64,000 nt of DNA from Lama guanicoe (Eukaryota): contig MU054212.1 in the NCBI GenBank assembly GCA_013239625.1, forward strand, positions 1,364,001 through 1,428,000, written 5' to 3'. Of this stretch, positions 1-13,030 are shown piece after piece; position 1 is the first letter of the stretch; the number at the start of each line of letters is the position of its first letter. The notes below the pieces were generated by a model. That model searched no databases. It saw only the letters and a program-made list of their open reading frames with translations, and had not been told where the DNA came from. A program made the translations under genes and the position numbers.

Positions 1-959
1 TTCCTCAAGTCTTTAAAAAACATGATAGATGAGGGGGAACTTTTGGAGTAAGGAGTCTCCTATGCCATTATATAGCAGCTTTTAAACAGTATCATGAAAA
101 TTTAAAGTTCTTGTATAGTGTCTCAGGACTAGTAGAAAGGGACAAAGAGGAAATGAAAGAAAAGACACAGGATAGCTGCCCCTATTTCAGTCTAAGTAGC
201 TTCCATTTTACTCATTCATGTATTATGGATTCGGCATAAGATCTCTTTTGGGAAATAGGATCCACTATTAAAAGAAAAAGTGAAAAATCAGTCATAAGAA
301 ATAGCATCCAGTTCGTATTAACCTTAGTGCTGTATTAGTACAGTGCTCACAGTGGTTCAAGAGGAGAACCCTACTCGGGGAAGGTAAAACATCCTGCATA
401 AACCTGGTTTCTTGTTTTAGTCCTGCCACAAACAAGTGCAGTGGTTTTTTGCAAGTTATTTAAAGTCTTCAGAAACATTTTTACAAATATAGTTGAAGTG
501 TTTCATCAATTAGAAGGCAAACTGACTTGGTAAGTAAGATTCAGCAGATCAGTGAACAGAAATAGGAAAAAAATTAAATTCTTCTTTTCTGAATAACTTT
601 TCGTCCTAAATGAGGCAGGTGCAGTAGCTAGGATGGTTGATAAGTTTCTCAACTATGTTAAGAATAAGACTTATGATTCTTAAGCTTGTTTAAAAGGCAG
701 AATAACTGGAAATCACATTACTTGATGGAATACCAACTTGTTGTACTGTTGACATATTCAGTTCTGTGAAGTAGGAACAGTTTTATTAGCTGAAGACATT
801 ATATTACAGCTATACAAAATAAAGTCATAGGTTTCCTAACCCAGAGGTCCATCAACAGTAGAGTCGATAAATATGTTATGGTGTATTAGCAGCTGTCAAT
901 CTTTTTGGTCTTAGGACCCCTTTATACTCATAAAAATTAGGTATATTACACCAACTTAC

Positions 960-1030
960 ACTACTGAATCCAGGATTTGAGTCCCAATCCACCATTTCCA
1001 CTGGGTGACCTTGGCAAGTGAAAATCATTT
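960..1030 (+). mobile_element. MIR SINE fragment
   Basis: ggatttgagtcccaatccaccatt...gggtgaccttggcaagt MIR core. Confidence 0.6.
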
Positions 1031-1250
1031 ATAAGTCAAGTAGTTTTATCTTAATGTACAGTATAGTGGGAAACTTTTTACTAAAATTATAATTTAATTT
1101 TAAAGGACGACTATTGCTGGTTATTTGAGTTGATTCACCATATAATTTACATCTCTTTCCCAACTTCCCTCCCCATACCATTGCCAATTTTTCAGTATTT
1201 GAATGTAAAAATTTAAAAAATAAAAGTAATATAATTCTTTAAATTTATAG

Positions 1251-1348
1251 AAATAGAAGAGTTACCTCCGATTGATCATGGCATTCCTATTACAGACCGA
1301 AGAAGTACTTTTCAGGCACACTTGGCTCCAGTAGTTTGTCCCAAACAG
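1251..1348 (+). CDS. IMPACT: IMPACT internal coding exon (approx. exon 7; upstream exons lie outside the window)
   Basis: tttatag| acceptor and cag|gtaaag donor; translates (E)IEELPPIDHGIPITDRRSTFQAHLAPVVCPKQ, matching mammalian IMPACT. Confidence 0.96.
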
Positions 1349-2469
1349 GTAAAGTTACTGTGTCTGGCTCACTCAGATGTTGTTTTCCTAAAGTAATTAA
1401 AGTAAATGGTTTTGCAGTATTATCCTTGGTTTTACTATTGTTAAATTTTCATGCAAGAAAAAAAGTATTTGCTCATTTTCTACCCCCAAATTACTAGGGA
1501 TCACAGAACATTGTTTCTGTTTATCACTGCTTTCAAAATTGTATCTAGACTTTGATTTTCAAAGAAGAAAAACCCATTGTGGTAGTGTAGAAAATTATGG
1601 TGCTTAATAGCTTGTTAAAAAATTATTTGTCCTATCACGTGGGTCAAACTGAGTCTGTTCCAGTGTTGCCCAAGTAAGGGGACAGTGGACAGATTGGTTG
1701 AACCCAATTCTTCCCAATCTGAATTCCTTTCCCTATCTGCTTCTTGATCTTAGGTCACCTGATTTCCACCCAAGGATTTCAGAATGGTAGACCTTTCAGT
1801 CAAAAATGGTATTCCTAGGTCTTTGTCTTTCTCACTCTCTTTTCAGCAGAATCATTTTCTCCTTCCTTGCTGCTGTAATCTAGCCTAAACTTTATTAATG
1901 TAAGAGATAATTTCAGTATGCCTATAAAGTTAAATTAATCAAAAAGTCTCATTAGCTTAACATAGGTTTTAAGCATTAAGTCTCTTTCTTTTGGTCTCTG
2001 CAGCTACTCTACTGTCTAAGTTCTTCTGAAGCCCAGACCTACAGGGATATAGTTCTTTGCACAAGGCTTTTCACTCTCTTTTGGTCATTGGAAGAGGAAA
2101 TTCTTTTCTGCATTGACTGCGGTCAGGATAACAGCTTTTGCTGTAGGCTTATGGGGGCTTTTCTTTCAGGAACCCTATTTTGTCCTTGGCCATTGCTGAT
2201 ATTCTTGTTGCTAGGGTCCTCCTTAGACATTGTTGTGAATCTTTTCATCCTGGATCATTTTCTGCTTTGACTATAATTCTGATTATAGTCACTTAGACTT
2301 AATCATAATTTGTGACAGCTGGGATAAATCTTAGAGGTCAGTGACTACTTTATTTTACTGTTCAGGAATCTGAGAGTCTGAGAAACAAGATTGCACAATT
2401 TTTGATCCAAGTTGGTCTCCCTGACTCCAGCTCAGTCTTCCCTACCTCCAGTATTTCTTCTATACTCCT

Positions 2470-3170
2470 TGCTAGTTACCTTCCTGAAAGATCTGACCAC
2501 ATGTCATTCCTCCCCACACACCTAGTCATCTTTGCTGATTTCTATTGGATACAAGTAAAAAATTTCAACTCATTATACAAGGCCCTTTGTGATATGACCC
2601 TGCTTTATCATTCTGATACATCTTCTATCATCTCATTCATACTCTAAGGTTTAGCTACAGAAAACTGTTGGTCACTTTCTGAACCCTTCTCTTTATGTCC
2701 TGCTAAAGTTGCCAGATAAAATATAGGATACCTAGCTAAATTGAAATTTCAGATAAACATTATTGCATGGGATATACTTATAATAAGAAATTATTTGTGG
2801 TTTATCTGAAGTTCCAATTTAAGCATCCTTTGTTGTTATTTACTAAATCTGGTACATTTGTACATGCTGTCTTCTCTGAATGGAATGGCTTCTGCTTGTC
2901 CCCTCTCCCCTTTTCCCTTTGGATGCAGAAGAATTGTCACTTATCTTTCAAAACCTGGCTCATGTTACCTCCTCATATAGAGAGTTTTGGTTTTATCACA
3001 TTTGGAACATACCATTACTGTACACCTGTCACATTGGATACATCTGTTTGGTAAATTTGCAGAGCTCATTTCTAGAAATTCTCATATTTTTGTTTAAATT
3101 TCTCTACATGGGGAAAAAATTCTATATATAAGTACCTTGGATAAGGTTAGTGCTTAAATATTTGTTGACA
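2470..3170 (+). mobile_element. L2 LINE 3' fragment interrupted by MER53
   Basis: L2-like tracts (tctgaccacatgtcattcctc, aaggccctttgtgat, agtgcttaaatatttgttga). Confidence 0.5.
2706..2853. mobile_element. MER53-like palindromic hAT MITE
   Basis: gttgccagataaaatatagga...aaatttcagataaac ... gtttatctgaagttccaattt...aaatctgg with inverted arms. Confidence 0.75.
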
Positions 3171-3388
3171 ACTGGTGCTTAAAAATACCAGGTCTATCAT
3201 TTTTATACCAATTGAGCATTCCAGTGTCTGCCCCTCAGATGAGGAGAAAACTTTGGAAATGGCTTTTTCAGATTCTTTAACTATTTCAATACAACAGTAT
3301 ATCTGTCAGTATGCTTTAAGTTTTTTTAAGCATTTATTTATGGAACAGATAAAAATTATACATTGTTTGTATTACTGCTATTTTTAAG

Positions 3389-3462
3389 GTGAAAATGGTT
3401 CTTGCCAAATTGTATGAGAATAAGAAAATAGCTAGTGCCACCCACAACATCTATGCGTACCG
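3389..3462 (+). CDS. IMPACT: IMPACT coding exon (approx. exon 8, 74 nt)
   Basis: tttttaag| ... cg|gtaagt; VKMVLAKLYENKKIASATHNIYAYR, containing the ATHN motif of the UPF0029/ancient domain. Confidence 0.97.
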
Positions 3463-4512
3463 GTAAGTGACCATCACAATTCTAGGAATGTGCGATTTGT
3501 AACAAATGGGGGAAACTGATGCATGATTTAAAAAACAACAGCCGTTATGTGTTTTTTTTTACATTATAAAAGTAGTATCTGTAGAATATTTGGAATCTGT
3601 AGGAAAAAAAGAATCATAGGAAAATGCAACTCTTTTCTGCCATTAAATTAACAGATACTGTGAAATATTTTCTTTCCTGTGCCAAGTTTTCGATGCTTTA
3701 CTCTAGTATCCAGTTTTTTTCTAAATGTAACAGAAGCATTTTTCCATGTTGTTATAATCACTTTATAAACATTATTTTAATGGCGGTATAATATTTGAGC
3801 TCCAGACCACAATTTAACCATTTCCTTTTTGTTTTAGTTTTTTTTTCCCCACTATTATAAAAATAGTCCTGTGAACATCTTTGTATGCTTTTTGAACTAT
3901 TTCCTCAGGGTAGGATTCTTTTTTGAAATGAAACGGAAGTATAATTTAAAAGGAAAAAAGAACGGATTCCTAGTAGAGTTATCAAAAAGTGTGAACCTTT
4001 TTGAAATTCCTGATACATACTGCCTTTCTACATACTGCCTGATACATACAAACTTTCTAGTTTTTCTTTTAAACCAATTTATGTTCCCATTAGCAGTGAA
4101 TTTAGAGTGCTTCTTTCACTACATATCTTTTAGTTTTGAATACAAAGTTTTTATTCAAATCTCTGCTGATTTGTTAGTAAAGAGATGAAGGTATATTTTT
4201 TAAAATATGAACTTAGTACAGACTTAAAAGTATAGCATTTAGGACTAAAATAAATCAGAATATAGACATAGGAATTTGGTGCAAATTTAAAATGTGATTT
4301 AGACTATTTATAAAATCTAGGCTATCTAAAACTCAAAAATCTGTAAAAAAAATTCATCATTTTGGATAGGTGAGTTTTTAATATTACTAAGTCACATCCC
4401 TTTAAGTGCCAAAACTTACAAAAAACTATTTGTTATGTAATTCCCTACTTACTAGAGTATCAGTAGACAGAATTTTGATGTTTTCTTAATGAGTTAGGAT
4501 AATCAATATAAA

Positions 4513-4712
4513 AATTTGAGATTTGCACATATTAACTACTACAAATAATAAAAATTTCTTCTGTATAGTACAGGGAGCTATATTCAATATCTTATAGCAA
4601 CCAATATTCAAAAAGAATATGAAAATGAATATATGTATGTATATGACTGAAACATTATGCTGTACACCAGAAATTGACACATTATAACTGACTATACTTC
4701 AATTAAAAAACT
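4513..4712 (+). mobile_element. Young cetartiodactyl/camelid-type L1 3' end
   Basis: ctgtatagtacagggagctatattcaatatc...tgctgtacaccagaaattgacac...ctgactatacttcaattaaaaaa. Confidence 0.8.
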
Positions 4713-6671
4713 ATATATATGAGAGATTAGACCGTGCTTGCTCTCAGTGGTTAGAATGTGCTGTAAAAGTATTAATAGGCACCGGTCATTCATCCTACAT
4801 ATTTCTTGTGTGCCTACTCTGTGCTAAGTACCTGAAAGTTAATTCTAATTATTTTAGCAACTCTGCAACTGTAAAGAAGTTAACTTTTTCAATCACAAAA
4901 GTTGTTAAGTGGTAGAGCTGAATTTGAGAATCTCATTTATCTCTTTTTATTCCTTCATGGCTGTGTGGCTGCATTTTCAGTAGTCACCGTACATGATGTT
5001 GATCTTAAGTTATCAGAAAGTTAAATACTGTGCCAGATACTCTATTACAGGCCCCAGAGTGTTGGTTTTTAAGTTCTTGAGTATATTTGCATATTAATGG
5101 GTGATCAGCTGTCACTTCTCACAGATGTCAGCATGACTGTAGGTAGCAGCCCCTCCAACTCACCCCCTGGTAAAACTGATACTTGGGAATGAAGGAGCTT
5201 AGCTTGTCAGAATTGTGTGTCAGATAAGACTAGAAAGGCACAAAGTACAGGCTTGAAGGACTCCACAGGGAGTTAAATTAATAACTATTATTCGGTACAT
5301 GGACTTTGTACATGGAGTGTTGTATATTTTGAATGCTTAGGGCCCTTTTAAGGTTACTTCCTGGTTCTTGGGCTGTTCCTGCTTTGGAGTTATGGGGCAT
5401 TCTTCAGGCTACTGGTACACACAGCTATCGGCTGCTGCATCATTATCTTCCTGGCATGTGAGGAAAGGGTTAGTGAAAATATCCATGGTACTTCTTTTTT
5501 TTTTTTTTTTAAGGCTAACAGTACTGATCTATATAGTCAATTTTTTTCATTTCTTCCATAAAATCTTAGTGTGTTAGATTATAATTATAAGCCTAATATA
5601 AACCAACCCCTGACTCCTTTTTGCCTTAAATTTGCCATATAAAATTTAGTTTAATAGTGCTAACTTTCTTGTCTTCAAATGAGGCCAACTCTATAGAGTG
5701 TGGTCATAGTAGATGAGCAATAAATATTGACTGAATGAGTGAATGGATAGCTAGATTGGTGGATGGAAAGATGAATGAATGGATGTGACTGCTATAATAA
5801 AATAAATCTAATCGACTTAGGTGTATACATAAGGTAGTATCTGGCTTTTTGTAGCCATAGTCAGGAAGATGTCTTTGCTACCTTTGCCTAGTCCTGGATG
5901 GTTCCACTGGCAGGGGCCTAAGAAATCCATCAGATGGCATACTTAACTGGCACTGTTTTCTTTTTATATCTATACTTATTTGCCAAGCTTCTTCTACTAC
6001 AGTGTAGCTCTACATTATTATTATTCCAAATGCTAACTTTCTAGATAATTTAAATGGGTAAAAATACCATGATTTTCCTCTGATATTAATAACTATCCAG
6101 GGGGAAATTAGAGAGAAAAATAAATCTTACAGTTCTTAGAATGAGGAAGATAGATAAATGCTTGGTGGCTAGAATAAGATGTTAGGAAAGCATAAAGGGT
6201 TAATTTACATTGGTTTTATCACCTCCGTCTTTTTTATATACTTTTTGTCTCTTTCACTAGCGCTTGGGCTCTCTGATGGTGGGAGTACACCACTTATTTT
6301 TTTATATCATTTCATAGTGCCTAGGGTGTAGAATGCTTACATACAGTATGGTCTCAGTAAATGTTTTCCATAATCTTGGCTTCAAGATTAAGTGGAAGAA
6401 GTGTCAGATATGTAAACTCACCTTCCCGTAATTGTAGCACTTCTGATTTAAAGGAGGCACCTTTCATTCCTAGCTTTCCCAAATATAAAAAGTGGAGCAT
6501 ACTGGATCGTAAATCATCAGTGAAAAGGTAGCTAACATATAGTTCAAGAAGGATTTTTAAAAACAAATATGCTGGTTTTGGGAGTAAATTGATGGCACCA
6601 AGTGTGAAGGAGTAACTTTCATTACAATATTTCAAGGTTTCAAAGTATAACACTGTTATATGTATTTCTAG

Positions 6672-6762
6672 AATATACTGTGAGGATAAGCAGACCTTCT
6701 TACAGGACTGTGAGGATGACGGGGAAACAGCAGCTGGTGGGCGTCTTCTCCATCTCATGGAG
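6672..6762 (+). CDS. IMPACT: IMPACT coding exon (approx. exon 9, 91 nt)
   Basis: ttctag| ... gag|gtaagt; IYCEDKQTFLQDCEDDGETAAGGRLLHLME (DDGE motif); phase fits neighbouring exons. Confidence 0.97.
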
Positions 6763-7049
6763 GTAAGTCTGAGTTAAACCCTGTTAATCCTGTTTTGTGA
6801 GCCATAAAATTTCTCAACAAAACAGAGCTCCATTTAGGAATAAGTAAATCTATAGACTATAGACTATATAATATGAGATATATTTGGTTTTATTAGTAGT
6901 TAATTTTTAAACATTGAGAGTTATTTTTAACTACTGGATATGGGGCAGAAAGCAAAGGGTTAATAGCAAGTGCTGTGCTTTCAGGCTCTTTCAGTTATAG
7001 ACAGAAGATTATCTTCAGCTCTGGAAATACTTACCCTTTTTGTTTCATG

Positions 7050-8000
7050 ACAGTTTCCTCCCCTCTATTTTCTCTGTTTCTGTCTTTGCAAAACTCCTGT
7101 TAGTCAGGTATTGGACTTCTGGATAGATCCAGAACGTTTCTTTTTTTTAATTAAGTTGTCCATCTCATTGCCTTACTTTCTGAGACATTTTCTTGACTGT
7201 CTTCCAAAATTTCTATTGAATTAAAAAATTATTTAGCAACCGTGTATTTAATTTTTAAGAGTTCTTTCTTGTTCTCTTTTTTCCCCTTGTCATAGTGTGC
7301 TATTCAGCTCTTACGGATGCTGTATCTTCTAGTTTCTCTGAGTATACTAATTAGTTCCTTTTTTTAGATGTTTTTTCCCTTGAATTTTTCTTGCTCCATT
7401 TTAGTTTGTTTATCTTGTCCTTTCTCTTTCATGCTGCTGGATTTTCTTCATCTGTCTGGTGATCATTGATTGTTCATTAATTTTAAGAATGGATTGTTTT
7501 TTCCCCTAAGGTAGTTGCTATAGTTTCTTATGCTATTGTATGTGGAGGTTTGTTTTCTAACCAGGCCATTCCCCTTGATAGGAACCCTGTGTGGGTCAGG
7601 CCTGTAGACTGGTGGGCTTCACATTAAGGGCAGCATTTGGCAAGTGTCAAACTGAGGAAGACCTCACTGGGAGGCTCCAGTGATCACTCACGCAGCCCCA
7701 GTTCTCTCTAGTGGTTTGTTCAGAGGCAGGTTTTGTGTTGCTCTTTGGCCAATGGGTAAAAAGCTGCCTAAGCTAAGCTGTTCTGGTTGAAGTCACCAAG
7801 AACTGGAATCCCACCTGCATGATCTCCCCTTCACTCTGCCCAGTGGCCCCGAATTTGGAATTCCAGGACACTGTGGAGCACAGTGTTTGTTTTCTAAACA
7901 TTCTGTCCCCTGAATTGTTACTAATCTCACTCTGCTCACTCATGGTTCTGCCATTAAAGTCATGGGGAAATTTTATGTGCAATTCTATATATGGGTTTTT
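7050..8000 (-). mobile_element. Old L1M 5'/ORF1-region fragments
   Basis: T-rich tract with aactcctgttagtcaggtattggacttctggatagatcc and ttctattgaatt...aatttttaagagttct motifs. Confidence 0.5.
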
Positions 8001-8069
8001 CATTTTCCTTTAAAACTCACATTTGCACCGGTCTGTATATGTGTATAAATATGCTTCTGAACATCACAG

Positions 8070-8204
8070 ATTTTGAATGTGAGAAATGTCATGGTGGTGG
8101 TATCACGCTGGTATGGAGGGATTCTGCTAGGACCTGATCGCTTTAAACACATCAACAACTGTGCCAGAAACATACTGGTGGAGAAGAACTACACAAATTC
8201 ACCG
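8070..8204 (+). CDS. IMPACT: IMPACT coding exon (approx. exon 10, 135 nt)
   Basis: cacag| ... ccg|gtaagt; ILNVRNVMVVVSRWYGGILLGPDRFKHINNCARNILVEKNYTNSP. Confidence 0.97.
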
Positions 8205-8927
8205 GTAAGTGGCTACTGATAGAAACATCTAGAGCTTCTTACCACTGCCTGTGAAATTTAAAAAAAGAAGAAAAAGAAAACTATGAATGAAACAGAATGA
8301 GTGAGGTGCATTAGAAAAACCTCTAGACTAGGAAACTGGAGACTTTCAGGTTTTTAGTCAGAACAGTGTGATTGACTAGTTATGGGACCTTGGGCAAATT
8401 ACTTCATTTCTTCAAACCTTTATTTCATAGATTCATAGTTTTATAAAACCAATTTATACCAGTTAGTCTCCACTCCCTAAAATTGAGGCCTATAGAAGCT
8501 GTAGCTAATGCTACAGTGAACTCGGTGTTCTTTAAACATCTATAAAATTCTAACATTCTCTGTTAGTGTCAAAGCATATTCCCTTCCCCTTGGCATGATG
8601 CCTTCTTCCTTTAGACTCTGAGTTTTTTTTGTTTCGTATTTCAAATGTGTTCATATCTATTTTATTTAAACTTTGCTGCCTTACTTTGGAAAGTGGACAA
8701 AAGACTAAATAATATTGAAATTACTCAAACAATACTTTAAATAAATGTTTTCCTTGATTATCCTGGATTGTTTTAAAAGTGTTAAAATAGGCTGTAAAAC
8801 AGAAAGATGATGCATATGTAAGCAATTATACTTTGACTATTATACATATTCTATATGACTAGATTTAAAATTTCTAAGCCTTCATATAAATGTAGGGAGA
8901 GTCTACACTGATTTACGTCTTTTTCAG

Positions 8928-8996
8928 GAGGAATCATCTAAGGCTTTGGGAAAGAACAAAAAAGTAAGAAAAGATAAGAAGAGGAGTGAACATTAA
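8928..8996 (+). CDS. IMPACT: IMPACT last coding exon to stop codon
   Basis: ttttcag| EESSKALGKNKKVRKDKKRSEH* with TAA at 8994-8996. Confidence 0.96.
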   Translation, partial: EESSKALGKNKKVRKDKKRSEH

Positions 8997-10414
8997 TACC
9001 TGAAACTATATGAAAGGTTAATTTGCCTATAATTATATACAAATTCCACAGTCATCAAGGAATATATTGTGCAGAGAGAGGATCCTGCACTGTTCAAGTC
9101 AGCTGATTCATTGTGGACACCAACATTATCTTTTCTTCTTTGGTTATATCATCTGCCAAAAATAGAGAACTTGTGTTATATTCATGTGTGTTTCAGAAGA
9201 ATTAATTTGAACTTAATCACTACTTCATCTAATTTTAGGACGGTAACAGTTGCCCAGGACAGTACCTGAATTAACTGTCCATTTCAGTACATGTCAAGTG
9301 CCTTTGTTAGGTGGGGAAGAAGTGTCTCTAGGGTAATAGAAATACCTGATTTCTTGTCATCAGGATTCTCATTTTGTTAAATGAATATTGCCTTTTACTG
9401 CTCTTTATGGCTTATTGGAATAGGGGCTCACTGACGATTGGTCTTATAATAGAGTGTCTTCTGTGATTTTAGTATGTAAGTATGTCACCTTTCATTTTAT
9501 AGTGTTCATCATGGTGTAATGGATTAAGTGAAAATCCTGGAGTATCCATCTACAGTTAAGTGCTGAAGTGATAATTCATCTGACATTTGTTAGCACAAGT
9601 GTTATGCCTCAATTTCTGTCTCAAATTGGTGATTGTGAAATTTCAAAAAGTGATTTTCTAGTCTCTGCTTCTTTTGTTTAATTCTTGTAATGTTAAGCAA
9701 TAAGTATGGTGTGCCAGTATTCTCCTCCCACCCCTGTAATGTGTTGGTGTAATCTTCTGGTTTCTTTTAACAACCTGGAAATACCTTTCTTGTGATCTTC
9801 ATTGAGGAGTTAGAACCACACTAGAAGCTGTGCTGTGCTTAATGGGACATTCATAGAATGGGGTAGAGGTGGCAGAACAGCACTGGTGCAGGGCAAGGGT
9901 ATGTTGTGTAGTTATATAAATGTGGTGCGTTTCCCATCCACACTCCAGCTATCTTTCTCAACTCCTTGACTTGATGGAGAGAAGGAACAAACTTATGGAA
10001 AAACAGAAACTCCCTCCGTTTTTCCATTCTTATGAAATCTTCCTTTTCATCAGTGTTTTATAAAATTTTCTTCTTTCATCTGCAAGTTGTGCAATTTACC
10101 TCTAGGCATCTAGACAATAAATATATTTATGAGATATAACAATAAGTCTTAACTGTTCCCTTTCAGATATGATTGCAAACGATTACTTAAAATTATTAAT
10201 TGGCCATAGATTTGCCTGATCTTCCTTTCCTAACAGAGGGAACAGAAATAAGGAAACAACTTGGGATGGTGCTGGAGCATAGAAAACTTCAGAGAAAAAT
10301 GGACACAGATATTTTTTCCTTATTCTCTGATGTTTTACCTTTAAGAGATCCAAATCCCGACTTGGTATTTTTAAGAATCTAGTAAACAACTTTATACTAG
10401 GATGGATTCTGAGA

Positions 10415-10420
10415 AATAAA
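10415..10420 (+). terminator. IMPACT: Probable IMPACT polyadenylation signal (about 1.45 kb 3' UTR); alternative AATAAA at 10116-10121
   Basis: AATAAA followed about 15-30 nt later by GT-rich tttgttgtaagtgtgttt. Confidence 0.55.
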
Positions 10421-10510
10421 ATCTGAATTATATTTGTTGTAAGTGTGTTTGATTATTGCTAGTTATCAAGAGTCATCAGAGAATGACCTATATTTGTTCA
10501 AAACATTTAC

Positions 10511-11178
10511 CTCAGAGTCCATGAAAAAATTAAGTATGTTTTATGTATTAACTGGTAAAATAATTAAAGAAGTTAAGGACCATTAGTTAACATTAAAATA
10601 ATTTCACAATTTTGGCATGTCAAAATCTGTGAAAGAATGTATAAAACAGTAAGAATTTGGTGCTACAGAAAAATAAGTGCGAGTTAATTATTCTGCAACA
10701 TCAAATTTGAATTTCTTTCACGCTGTTTTATCTAAGATTTATTTAGGTCTTTATAGAAAACCTTTATATCTATGATCTCATTTTCCCATATTAAAAAAAA
10801 ACACTTAACTTTTGTTTCTTTCATTTATCAACGAAATTTTCCAGACTGAAAAACCCAAATCTCTTTTGCCAAAGTCAGCTGGTAAAGAGTGATCCAAAAG
10901 TCTCCAATTCTGGAACCTGAGTTATTTGACACTCTGCATTATGGACCCCTAACTAATTATAGTATCTTTTTGGTCTCTTTAAAATTTCTCTCGATTAGAG
11001 GGTTTTCAAATTCTTCAAATAATAATATTCTATAACCAAATCTATGCTGTGGCATATTTTATAGTATATTGTATTAGTTAAAAATATTCTCTATATGTCA
11101 GTATATAAGAGCAAGTAGCATCTACTTTTTAAATGGGAATAGCAGTATAATTTGGAGATATGTATCATGAAACAGAGC
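10511..11178 (-). pseudogene. Fossil 3' exons (11178 to about 10810, and 10626-10511)
   Basis: ttctcttcaaacag| ALFHDTYLQIILLFPFKK (cf. RGSL1 SVFHGAIMSVFPVVMYFWK); ttctttcacag| ILTCQNCEIILMLTNGP*... gag|gtaaat. Confidence 0.4.
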
Positions 11179-11239
11179 CTGTTTGAAGAGAATTATATCA
11201 AACTAATCACAACCAAGGAAGAAAAGCATGAAACAGATA

Positions 11240-13030
11240 CTGCCTGGAAGGCAGTTAAAATTTATTGGGAAAACTGTATAGTCATCTGTAGTTCCACTTT
11301 CTAGAGACAAGCATTACATCCTTCTATTTTTTTCCTATGCATGATTTTGTATATATGGCTATTTTTCTTTCCATAAAAATGGTATTAAACTGTATATACT
11401 GTTTTGTATCCTGCATATTTCATATAGAAGTATATTGTTAACATTTTCCCATGTCAATAAATATTCTTCTATGGCTTAATTTCTTATGGCTACATTGTAT
11501 TCTATATTCTGGATATAACAAAACATACTAACTAGTCCCCACGTGTTTCCAATTTTTAAGTTTTTTCCAGTTTTTCACTATTATAAACAACTACAAAAAA
11601 TGAAATCATTGTATACAGATTTTTGTAAATATCTCTGATTATATTCTTAGGAAAAAATCCAGAAATGGAGTTTCTAGGTCAAATGTTTGCACATTCTAAT
11701 AGCTCAATTGATTTAGCCAAATTGTCCTCTAGAAAAAATTTCTCAGTTATATCCCCATTAGCATTGCATTAGAATATACTTAAAATTCCAAAGATGTGGG
11801 AAAATAGGCAGTCTGGTAGGTAAAACCACCAGTATCTTTTTTTTTAATTGATCTTTTTTGTTTTGAAATAATTACAGATTCACAAGGAGTAAAAATATTC
11901 AGCTTTCCCTAACAGTAACATTGTACATGACTATATTTACCAAAACCAAGATATATATTCTGGATCCAAGTTCTTTGTCAGGTATGCGATTTGCACTTAC
12001 GTTCTCCCAGTTTGTAGCTTGTCTTTTCATTCTTTTAACAGTGTTTCTTGCTGTGAAAGTATTTAACTTTGATGAGATACAATTTCTCTCTTTTTTCAGT
12101 CATGTTTTTGTGTTATGTCTAAAGATTCTTTGTTTAACCCCAGGTCGTGAAGGTTTTCTTCTGTTCTCTTTTCAGCGTTTCATGTTTTTCATTTATATGT
12201 ATTATCCATTTTAATTTATTTTTGTGTAAGATGTGAGATTTAATTTGAAGTTAATTTTTTTTCATTTGGTTGTCCAATAATGGAAGTGACTGATTTTTAA
12301 AATCAAACTTTTTACTGATGAAATTTTTACAAAATAAAGTTATATAACCAGCATTTAGATGGAGAAAAGGTCAGTACTAGCACCCCACAACCCCTCTTCA
12401 TCCAGTCCAATCATTGCTGCTCTCCTCCCTGCCAAGTAACCACCTCCCTGATTTCTGATACCAGAAATGAATTTGATCTGTTTTGACTTATACTTGTTTT
12501 AAGTGGAATCACACAGTATGTACCCTTGTTTGGGCTCCTTTTGTTCCAACGTTTTGTGAGATTCATTTGGGTTGCTGCACATGCACTTCTTTCATTCTTA
12601 CCACTGCATAATATTCCACTGAACGAACATGAGCTTTAGTGTCTACTGCCCAATGGTGTGCCGGTAAGTTTTTAACAACTGGCTCTAGGGCGGGTGCTGA
12701 TTTATAATGTTAGCCAGTTCCCATGGTGTAAATACTCCAACTCTGTCCAATTTCAAGCTACCAGTGTGAAATCAGTGGGCTTACAAAATTCCTGGAAATT
12801 TAACAATCACTCACTGTGAGCTCCAGTACCCATCACTCACTGCCAAGCAGTTTTCCAAAGTAGTTTGCAGATTTACACTCCTACTCGTAGTGAATGGGAG
12901 TTCTAGTTGCTGCCCATCCACGTCTGGCATCACCTGACTCCCATTTTACTCATGCAGTGTGGTGGGTAGTGGGATCACTTGTGGTTTTAATTTGTATTTC
13001 TCTGATGGCTAATGAAACTGAACACCTTTG
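11240..13030 (-). mobile_element. Stack of L1ME/L1MC/L1M fragments
   Basis: Antisense L1 3'UTR/ORF2 motifs (gtttttcactattataaacaa, tattctggatccaagttctttgtcagg, gttttaatttgtatttctctgatggctaatga). Confidence 0.7.
12650..12838. mobile_element. MER63-like hAT element nested in L1
   Basis: caatggtgtgccggt ... ctccagtaccatcact terminal inverted repeats; internal cccatggtgtaaatact and tttcaagctacca. Confidence 0.65.

Noticed and set aside
1..1250. IMPACT imprinting control region
   Set aside because: The rodent differentially methylated region is in intron 1, upstream of this window; this stretch is CpG-poor
6354..6758. 134-aa minus-strand ORF
   Set aside because: It is antisense to an IMPACT exon and runs into intron sequence; no recognisable family
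9086..10095. miRNA seed matches in the IMPACT 3' UTR (TGCACTG, GTGCCTT, GTGCAAT)
   Set aside because: 7-mers occur at chance frequency; conservation data are needed
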